Below, one piece after another: positions 47,230 to 57,068 of a DNA stretch of 64,000 nucleotides. Within the stretch, counting starts at the first letter, position 1; each line of letters begins with the position of its first letter. The position numbers were made by a program, and so were the translations under genes. Under the pieces are notes generated by a model. The model was not told the DNA's origin. It did no database searches and saw only the letters and a list, made by a program, of their open reading frames with translations. Source of the DNA: Chromera velia (lineage: Eukaryota); the NCBI GenBank assembly GCA_018398765.1, contig JAHBMJ010000477.1:62001-126000 (forward strand). Direction: 5' to 3'.

Positions 47230-50200
47230 TCACTCGTTGAATGAGTGTGTTTTCTGTTGGAATGGGGGGCGGGGGAGCAGAGGCGTTCCCTCCTCTCCCA
47301 AGCCCATCGCCTCTCCGAGGGACATCTCCGCGTCCGGATCCCCTGGGAGGGGAAAAGTAGGGGGGGCGTCGCCGTCGACAGCCATGGATGCGCATTCCTC
47401 CCCTGAACCCCGAGCCGCCGCCGCAGCTGCTGCTGCAGCAGGATGCGGGTGGTGGTGCGGGGCTGCACAGGCCCCTCCTTGCGGGTGGGCCGGGGGGAAA
47501 TTACCGGCAGCGCATTGTCCGTACGGCACCGCTGCCGCCCCATACGGTAGTGGTGCGGCATGTTGGTGACTGGAGTGCAAGGCTGCTGAAGCAGCAGACG
47601 GCATGCTCGTTTGGGTGGAGTGGTAGGGAGGGTGCATGGGTACAGGTATCTGCTGGTGGCTCACACTTTGACTTTGCTGAGTGCCCGAGAAGGGAAAGGG
47701 ATTTGAGTCGCCAGTAGTGGCCTGATGGGAGTTGTGGATTGCGTGAGTGTGCGTACTCCCATTTAGCAGATTGTCAGGGATATGCTGAGAGGAGCTGCAG
47801 GGAGCGAACGCAGCATTCGCGTTTCCCTGCTGCTGCTGCTGCTGCTGCTGCTGCCGGTGTTGTTGTTGGGAACTGTGGAAGGAAGCTGTAGATGTGTGAG
47901 CTCCTCCGGATCCTGTGGCTGTGTGTGTGTGTGAGGCAGGACCTGCGGGTGGCTGCTGCTGCTGCTGCTGTTGCTGCCTCGGTCTGCCTTGCGCTCGTAC
48001 CCTCTCCCGTTGTTCGTACCACTTGACTTCCACGAGTAGTTCGGCTGCAGGAAGGGAGGCAGGGAAGGGAAGGGAAGGAAGGGAAACACACACGCACGGA
48101 GGAATCAAAAGTGGAGTGAGTGCACGCACGGGAGGAATACCTCGATGAGAAAAGAGAAAGAGAAAGAATAATTTCTGAAGCGCGTAAAAGCGAGGAAAGT
48201 GGCAAAAAGATGAGAGGGTGGAGAAAGAGAAAAGGAACACAGCGGAAAAAAAAAGAGAAAAGTTAATCAGAGTATCCACACATACAGAAATCTGTACGAA
48301 CCCACCCACCCACGAATGAATAAATGACCGGACTGACCAAGAAGCCGTCGAGACTGTGCACCCGGAGAAGGTGTCAGGGGGTTTTCCTGAAGCGAGTGGA
48401 AGGGGATCTGTTGTTGATGATGCTGCAGACCTCCTCCTCCCACATGTCCTGCCCCGTAGGCGAAGGAAGATGAAGAAGAGGACGATGACGACGAAGAGGA
48501 AGAGGATGAAGACGAAGACGAACTGCCATTATTATTTTGGACAGTGGAAGAGACCGAGTTGTCTCTCGTCGATGCCGTCGTTGCGTCTGCGCTGTCTCCG
48601 AAGAATTCAAAGTCAAACACAGTGTAGTCGACAGGCACACCCTCAGGTTCGTCTTCATCCAAATGAAGAGAGGCGAAGAAGGGGTGTTCGAGACATTCCG
48701 CTGCTGTGGGTCGCTTCCTAGGTGAGAAGGACAGGAGACAGTCGAGGAGCCCGATGCAGTCTGGGCAATCTCGGGCGGCACTGAACAGCGCCCTGAGTCT
48801 GTCTGCACGGCTGATCTCATCATTCCGAGGAATTCGACGGATGAAATCCCGAACCTGAAAGACACAGGGAAGGAAGGCAAAGAAAGAAAGGCGAATACAG
48901 AAAGTGAAAAGGTCTAAAGAACTTCTCTCACGGGCATCGTCAGTCAGAAACCGATCCTGAATCAAAGACAGACAAGCATACACACACACACATACACACA
49001 CACACACGCACAAATACACTCGCACACACATGACCAAGAAGACAAGCTTCCCGGCCTACAGAATGAAGAAAATGAAGGAGAGGCAAAGACCGTCTTTGCC
49101 GAAAAGCCAACCCCGACCGACCGACCGACCGACCCACTCACCGATGCTGTGGGGATCTCATCAATTTCCTCTTCACTCGGGTGTCCAAGTACCTCGATAA
49201 TCTTCCGAAGTTGATCCTTTGTCGAGGAGCCTCTGAACAGGGGACGCCGTGTCAGCAATTCCCCCAGAATGCACCCAACCGACCTGCATGGGGGGCATCA
49301 CAAAACAACAGGGTTGGGGCATGTCAAAGTTACGGAAAGGGGGAAAGAGAAAAAAGAAAAAGGGCAGGCGGGGAGGGAAAAAAGTGGAACAACGTAAGAA
49401 AACGAGAAACAGGGGGAGAAAGCTGGAAAGAAATTGCAAAGGGGGAATGAAGGCAGGAGAGGGTATCTACGCACCTTTCTTCTCTTTCCAGGCCCCAGAG
49501 TACCAGCAAGGGTTCAAGAACATCATGTGAAAGCGAAACAAGATTGACAGAACCCCCTGAATGCCACTGACTGATTGACTAACTGACTGACTGACCAGAT
49601 GTCGACTTTGGTGTCGTAGGAAGACCATGCACAGATGACCTCAGGTGCCCTATACCACCGAGTCTGGACGTAGTCAGTGTAGGGGACCACAGGGGCGCCC
49701 CCTGCCATGGTCCTTTCGGGTTCCCCCCCCCCGCCCTCGTGCTCGACTCCGTCGTCTCCGTCCTCGGAGTGACGCCTGGCTAGGCGGGCCTGGTTGGTCA
49801 CTTTCGACAGCACCCGTGCCAGGCCAAAGTCACACACTGCGAGGTCGCAATTCGAGTTCACTAGCAGGTTGCGGGGTTTCTGCAACATACAAGGGGAGAA
49901 TAAGTAAGAGTTGAACGCGTCATGGGGCATTATATTTTGGAGGGGGAAAGAGGTCCAGAAGCCATAGGAAGGAAACTGAGGGGAGATTTGATTTTTCTTT
50001 TCCGACTCCGGCAAAAGATGGATGAGCGTTGACGGCAGACTGCAGGAATCTGAGAGTTGCGTTACATGGCGTGCCGACAGAGAGACTCAGTACGAAAGAG
50101 GAGAGGGGAAAGAAGGTGGGGAGGCAAGGGAGACCAAAAGACAGGCGGCAAGAGACGACAGCCTGAGCAGGAGAGGAAAGGAGAAGAGATGACAAGAAAA

Positions 50201-51567
50201 GAACACAGGAGAGAAGAAGAGAGGAAAGGAAAGGAAAAGATTGAAGGAGAAAGGAGAGCAGAGGAGAGAGGGAGAGGACACAAATGGAGGAAGGAGAGCT
50301 GATCGACTGACGAGATCCCTATGAAGAAAGTTGGAGGTGTGTATAAACTTCAGAGCCCTGAGAACTTGATAGATGAAGAACTGGCAGTGGGCGATTGCGA
50401 GTGGTTGAGGAGACCCGATGATTTGTGCGAGGTCTGTCTCCATCAGGGTCGTGATCATCCACCTGCATGACCATCCGTGCATTGGTTGCTTGATTGATTG
50501 ATCGAGTCATTTGATTCATTCCACACAGGGAGGCAGGCATTGATCCACACAAAAGAAACTAGGAAGGGAGGAAGGATTGACGGAGAAACGTGAGGACCGA
50601 CTTGAATGCATCATGCCAATGATCAGTGAGTGAGCGACTTCGTTTGTCATCTGTTTTCTCTTCTCTTTCGCTGAGTTTTGAGTTGGATATCAAAGAGGAA
50701 GGAGGAAACGGGAGAGGCAGAGTGGGAGGGGGAGAGGGAGAGAGATGAGAGAAGGCCGGATGGAAGAAAGAGGGAGAAAAGGGAAAAGAGAGGGGTGAGG
50801 GGGAAAGAGGGAGGGAGAACAAAAGAAACAGGCGAACTGAAGGGAGGTGGGGATGAGAAGGCAGCATAGGACCCGAAAGATGAGATGAGGAGGGGGGGGA
50901 CTGTGTGTGTCATGAAGCTGCCAAGCCACTCTATGGACACAAAAGACTGTTTGAATGGTTCTACGCTATGTATTCATGGCTTGAAATGGGGGTTTTCTGT
51001 CGAGACTCAAGCACGGCCTCATCGCATGGAGATGGGGAGCATGAAGGTCGGTCTCTCAGCGCCTGACACCTGGCATGTACCGTTAACGGTTGGGGGGATG
51101 TGGACGGTCGGACTTACATAGTGATTCCCGTTGTGTCCACGTTGCCGTCTTCCTTGACGGGAACCTCGGCAAGGTTTGTGACAGGGACGGTGCGTGTGTT
51201 GCCGTGGACGTCTGTTACTGTACGGGTGAGAACAATCCCCTTCAGATTCAGGATATTCTCGTGGCCCTTCAAAGTTCGCAAAATTCGGGCCTCCCGCAAA
51301 ATCCGTTTCGCGAACAAAACGCACTGGAACACTTCAGGGCAACGCTTGATGGCGACAGATTGTCCTGTGAGGTTGTCTTTTGCCTTGCTGCAGAACAACG
51401 TACAACACCATATGGATTCGAGTATGTATGTATGCCATACTGAGACACAAAAGATGCGGATGCCGATGGATTCTTGCAGACACTGACCATACTGTGCCAT
51501 AAGCGCCGTGACCGATCCAGTCGATCACTGAATACCTTGGTCCGAGCTCGAACTGATCCTGCTGCAT
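47230..51567 (-). CDS. mitogen-activated protein kinase (TDY), multi-exon, with Gln/Ser-rich C-tail
   Basis: Exons read IGHGAYGTV / VAIKR..AKRILRE..HENIL / [24 protein letters not shown] / [35 protein letters not shown] / PLFRG..DQL / [26 protein letters not shown]. Exact start and stop are uncertain. Confidence 0.93.
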
Positions 51568-51875
51568 CGCGGCGCGGCTTCGGACTTCAAAGGAAGAGAA
51601 GCTACTAGGTGGAGGTAGGTCAGAAGACCGCTTATGTGGACTACAGCTTCGTTGGGGTCGGCCGAGACCGTCGTCGGATGATTTTTCCGACAGAGAAAGT
51701 CTCTTAGAGCGTATGGGCCCAACAGCTAGGCGTTTAGTAGGAAATGAAGGAATAATACGTGAGGAAGACAAACGAATGAATCACTGAAGACACCGACCCA
51801 GACCTAGAACTTGGGCAAGAAGACCAGGAAAGTATACAGGCGTAGACGGCTTTCTGGCATGCGTATATCCACGAG

Positions 51876-53413
51876 ATACACCCAACCAGTTGGGTGAGTG
51901 CCTCGGGGGGCCCTTTAGGGGCGGGGTCCGCAAATTTGATTGATGCGCACCAGCCCGCTAGCGACACTAGCCTATACCATAGGCCCTTTGGCAGGCTACC
52001 ATTACCAACGGGGTAGGCCTCTCCGCCCCCGATCTAGCACAGTGCTAAGCACACTCACATCTTTGTGTGATGTGATAAACACACCCAACCAGTTATGACG
52101 AACGGTGCACCGGGATACACCGAGATACTGTCTTGGTGCTTGCCCAGACTGGAATTCAGGCCGGGCCCGGAGATCTACCAGGAGGGTGGGCAGGTAAATT
52201 TCGGGTTTTTTCTGAGGTATCCGCTACCCCGGGCATACGAATTGAGCGACTCTCTTCCTTGTTGCCTTGAGGCCAAGAGCTGACGTTCAGAAACCCTTCC
52301 CGATTTCTGTGACATTGAATTTCAGGGAATTTCTGTTTCTACGCGCGTACTCCTTAACTTAAAGCCTCGGAGGGCAAAATAGCTATATCCGTGACACCCT
52401 AGGCGGCGCCAACCAAGGAACGCAAACACAGCTGCAGGCGCCACCATCGTAGGCCATCACTTGCTTTTGGACTATCTACGGCTGAGCCTTAGTTCCGGCT
52501 CCGCTTCCAATATTTTGTTTATGTCGCTCTGCCAGAACTGCCATCCCAGCCTCCATGCCCTACCACGTGCTCTACTGTTTGTCACCTAGGTCTGGTTTAT
52601 CTGCTAGCCTAGAGTATGCCCGCTAGCAATACTAGCCTACCATGGGCCCTTTGGTAGGCCACCATTGCCAGCGGGGTAGGCCTCTCTGCCTCCGGGGGCT
52701 TGGGCATGTGTTGTGCAGGTGCATAGGGCGGGGGCCATGACAATGTGTACAAAATATGCTTTTCGGGACCACACAAGCATACACTTGCAACTCTGTGCGA
52801 GTTATTTGAGGGGCACGCATGTGCAAAGTAATTAAGGTATGTGCGATTACGGCTTCATGCGAGTTACTTAAAGGGCATATTTTAGAATTTGGGCGACACG
52901 GTGACAGACGGAGATAGAAGCGACCCCCCCCCCCAAAATGAAAAATTGCGTTATGCGAGTGCATGCGATCTCAGGGCCTCTCGGCTGATCTCAGCAGAGC
53001 TGAGCTACTCCCCGAGGCGACGACATTCCATGACCTAGCTCCGAAAAATGTATCAATATTTTTTGAAAAATTCGAATTCCTTCAATTATTAATAACGGGA
53101 TACACCCAACTAGTTGGGTGAGTGCCTTGGGGGGCCTTTTAGGGGGTCGGCCATAATTTGATTATTGCAAACCATCAGGGGCTTGGGCATGTCTTGCCTG
53201 TATGGCCGGGTAAATGGTCGGCGGGGGCTATGGCAACGTGCGTAAAATATGTTTTTCGGGACCGCATGTGCACGGCTAGAATATATGCAACTCTGTGTGA
53301 GTTACTTGACGGGCACGCATCATGACGTACGTACGAGCGCAGAGTAATGCGATCACGGCTCCGTGCGAGTTGCTTGAGGGGCAAATTTTGGAATCAGGGC
53401 GACACCGTGCCAC

Positions 53414-53444
<31 letters not shown>

Positions 53445-53545
53445 CCGAACCCCCCCCCCCAAAATGAAAAAATGCGTTATGCGAGTGCGTGCGATCTCAG
53501 GGCCTCTCGGCTGATCTCAGCAGAGCTGAGCTGCCCCCCGAGGCG
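51876..53545. repeat. mosaic intergenic direct repeats (two diverged copies of a ~400-450 bp unit plus fragments)
   Basis: Head GATACACCCAAC.AGTTGGGTGAGTGCC at ~51876 and ~53099; segment CGCTAGC..GGGGTAGGCCTCT at ~51956 and ~52621; body 52696-53020 resembles 53178-53545. Confidence 0.85.
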
Positions 53546-53653
53546 ATACAACCACCACATTTTGTATATGCTACTGTGGGCCTCGGAGGGCAGTTCAGCT
53601 TTTAAGAGAGGCCCCAGAACAAATTACGCGCATAAAAAATCCTTTGCATGCAT

Positions 53654-53695
<42 letters not shown>

Positions 53696-54027
53696 ATATA
53701 TATCTGACATTCTACCTAGCTATATATATTAATTGGATCGGCTGTGAAAATTAAGGCACTCACCGAAAATATTTGACGAAAAGGTCGATGTGTCACGTGG
53801 GCGTATATTTTTCCGTCGAATTAATTGCAATTAAGTCGCTGTATCGCCGATCCGCACTTTTGTCGTGATTTGTGGGACGCCAGTATACTTGTAGATCTCC
53901 ACTGTCAATCTGGTTTGACTGCACTGCACCACTCCAACATCCTGTTCGGAAACCGAGAGACACGTCCATCGATTCACTCACCAGTGCTCAGACTTGTCCA
54001 CTTACATACATACAACTGTACAGATCG

Positions 54028-55677
54028 ATGGCTACTCTTCCGGTGGCCACTCTTTGTGGCTTGCTGGTGCTCCTGCTTCTTGACGTTCCAATACCCCTGT
54101 TCATCCTTTTGCCTCTTGTTGTCTATGCTGCTGGCAGTGTGATCTTGACGGAGTTTCCGTGGTTGCTTTACGGAGATCCTCAGAAGAGCCACCGAAAGGG
54201 CCGACAGACCATTCTTGCTCAATGGGCCGCAAAGGCGGCAGAGTCAAAAGAGGGTGTGCCCTTTCTGATTGTACACAGAACGTCAAGCGGAGAAGCGCCA
54301 GAGAATACTCTTGCTGGTCTGCGTCATTCGATAGAGAAGCAGGCTGAATGTGTTCAGATCGACACTCACTTAACCAAAGACTTCGTGACTGTCGTCTTTC
54401 AAGATAAGGAGACAGGAGCGAATCTTGCGCGTCTGACAGGAGAGGACGAGGGTACCACAATATTTGACGTCAAGTTCAAAGACCTCCGCCCTCTGTTAGA
54501 GACTTTGAAGTCCCTTATTCCTGAAGACCTTCCTTCAATACGCACTGAGGGTTTTGGTTCAGAGGGGCAAAGACTTGCATCGTTCAAAGAGTTCCTTGAA
54601 ACCCTTCGGAGCATCGAAGAAGAAGGAGGAGCAAAACCTCTCGGGCCCCGGAAAGCAGTCGTGTGCGATTGGCCTCCACCCCCAAACTTGAAAAAACAGG
54701 GGACCGAAGGAAACCAAGCAGAAGAAATGGCCACAGTGGAAGACGCAGAAAAATCCGAAGAAGCCCAAAAGACAAACAACAAAACCGAGGAGAAAACGAA
54801 GAATCTTGTGAAACCCATTCAGCCTTTGCTTGTGTTTCTTTGGGATGCGGGGGAGACAGACGATCTGCCGGTTCGCGTTGTACAGTGGCTTCGTTTGTTC
54901 CATCGCGATCAGTTGACGGTATTAGGGACGCAGTTCCAGGACCGTCTGACAGACTATCTCGAGAGAGAAATGCCGGGGTGCCCGCGTATCTATACGCAGA
55001 CCGAGATTGTTCGTCTAGGCTGGTGGTGGCATCTTGGTCTTCTCCCTTTCTTTCCGTTAGAAATTTCGACCCGAATGTTCCATTGCCCCCTGATCGATGT
55101 CGATAAGTTCTTTCGCCTTGCTCGCCCAGAGCTGGACAGGGACTATTTCGAGGGGATGGGGTGTGAGACAGAGAGAGCGAGACTTGTGAAACAAATTGGA
55201 GAGAACGATGCAAGAGCCGCAGATGTTATGCGTCGCGGTGCAAAGGCGTTGATGGAAGACGGAGAAGAGGATGAGGAGACCGAGGTCGAGGCCGAGGGGG
55301 GGGCTCCGACAGTGGTTGAGCAAAGCCCGTCGGAGGTACAAAGTGCGACTGGGGGGGGGAAGAAAAGGCCCAAGAAGGCGCCAATGGGGCTGTTCTTTGT
55401 CCGTGCAACAGCTCACTTTATGTTGGGTATGCGTAAATTCCTTCTGAATCAGGAGGGGTTTTGGAAGCATTTGCGGAAGAGGGGGATGGTCACGAGTGCG
55501 TTTTTGTGCAACACAGAGAAAGAGTTTGAGGAGGCGCACCGTCTGCGTGCGGTAGCGGTGATGACGGCACAACCCTCTCGTTATTGGCAGTGGGTGGAGA
55601 GCCGAAAAGGGAAACACGGGCTCGGCGAAGAAGGGGGACAACAGCTGGGAAAGGAAGACAACAAAAAGGCAAAGTAA
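54028..55677 (+). CDS. GDPD-fold (GDPD1/GDE4-like) membrane-anchored protein, probably catalytically impaired
   Basis: Hydrophobic N-terminus; IVHRTSSGEAPENTLAG..VQIDTHLTKD..VVFQD..LARLTG; C-terminal HLRKRGM..CNTEKEF..AVMTAQP; intronless; first plausible ATG at 54028. Confidence 0.88.
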   Translation: MATLPVATLCGLLVLLLLDVPIPLFILLPLVVYAAGSVILTEFPWLLYGDPQKSHRKGRQTILAQWAAKAAESKEGVPFLIVHRTSSGEAPENTLAGLRHSIEKQAECVQIDTHLTKDFVTVVFQDKETGANLARLTGEDEGTTIFDVKFKDLRPLLETLKSLIPEDLPSIRTEGFGSEGQRLASFKEFLETLRSIEEEGGAKPLGPRKAVVCDWPPPPNLKKQGTEGNQAEEMATVEDAEKSEEAQKTNNKTEEKTKNLVKPIQPLLVFLWDAGETDDLPVRVVQWLRLFHRDQLTVLGTQFQDRLTDYLEREMPGCPRIYTQTEIVRLGWWWHLGLLPFFPLEISTRMFHCPLIDVDKFFRLARPELDRDYFEGMGCETERARLVKQIGENDARAADVMRRGAKALMEDGEEDEETEVEAEGGAPTVVEQSPSEVQSATGGGKKRPKKAPMGLFFVRATAHFMLGMRKFLLNQEGFWKHLRKRGMVTSAFLCNTEKEFEEAHRLRAVAVMTAQPSRYWQWVESRKGKHGLGEEGGQQLGKEDNKKAK

Positions 55678-55976
55678 ACTTGCAAAGTAAAGCTGCTAGG
55701 AAGGAATTACTCTTAAATAATTGGTATTCGTTCCTGATGTAGAGGCGCTGTGTATAATATGCTAGATAATATGTATGTCTCAACAGAGTGTGTTTTTGTC
55801 TATTTTTCTTAATGAGTCAGCTAGTGAGTCAGTGAATATTAGAATGCTAGTTAGAATGTTAAAGTCTAGGTTAAAGTTCATACTAGATTATACTAGATTC
55901 ACACTCCTATCAAAACAACAGTCTGTCTGAACCCGAACGCTAAATGCCTTATACAGGCCGATGACGATGGTACATG

Positions 55977-56447
55977 CCCTGCAGATAGCTAGGATTTTGC
56001 GGGATTTTAGCCCAGGATTTTAGCGGATTTTACGGGATTTTAGCCTAGATTTTAGCAGATTTAGGCGGATTTTGCCCAAGATTCTGCCGGACTATTTCTC
56101 CAGGATTTTAGAATCTAAAATCCTGGCTTTAGCGATTATAAAGACTAAAATCCTGGATCCTAGAATTTTAGAAATGAATGCCAGGATTTTACGGGATTAT
56201 ATCTTTCCCGTAAAATCCCGTAAAAATTAAACGGTAAAATCCTAAGAAGAGGCTAAGATTTTAGCTTTCTTCCAGGATTTTAGATTCTAAAATCCTAGAT
56301 GTAGGGATTGTATTTCTAACGTTAAGAGTCCGGCAGAATCCTGGGCAAAACCCGCCAAAATCCGTTAAAATCCTGGCCAAATTAAATCCCGTAAAATCCG
56401 CTAAAATCCTAGGCTAAAATCCCGCAAAATCCTGGCTACCTGCAGGG
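55977..56447. mobile_element. foldback/MITE element with long TIRs built of GGATTTT motifs
   Basis: CCCTGCAG.TAGC.AGGATTTTGCGGGATTTTAGCC..TCTGCCGGACT is mirrored by AGTCCGGCAGA..GGCTAAAATCCCGCAAAATCCTGGCTACCTGCAGGG; TG on both flanks. Confidence 0.9.
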
Positions 56448-57068
56448 TGATGATGATGGTGAAAGTTCATATTTATCTACCTTACGGGGGAATGCATTTT
56501 GAGATTTGTTCCTAGCATGCCCGCTTTACTTTGGTCGTTCCATTCCTCTATGCAACACTGCAACACATCTTGCTAATTCTGGCTAGACATCTGGCTACAT
56601 TGCTGGTTTACTCTATTTATCATTATTATCATCATCATACACCATCGCTATCGGCCCATAATAGGCGTCTAGCGTTCAGCAAGTCACAACGTGCAAGGCA
56701 GATTGTTAAATGATGGACCCTCATTTCATAACGTTATCTCTATATATTCGTTAAATTTTGTTACGTTTTCTCATGAATAAAAACTTTTGTGTACATATTT
56801 TTTTATGTGAAGAATCCAAAGTTACTATTGACTTCCTAAGGCAGAAAAATATAATCAATTCGGATCGAATTCGGGGGCACATGTCATCAAATCTATGAGT
56901 ATACAATCATAAGAAAGTTATTAGAATTCCAAGCTACAAGCTTTACAGGCATTGGTAACAAGATTGATGACTTCGATAGGAATTCTAGTGGGAATTCAAA
57001 GTTACTATTTTATACATGAAATGAGGTACTAGGTGAGGTGATTCAACCATAATCTAGACCGTAATTAA

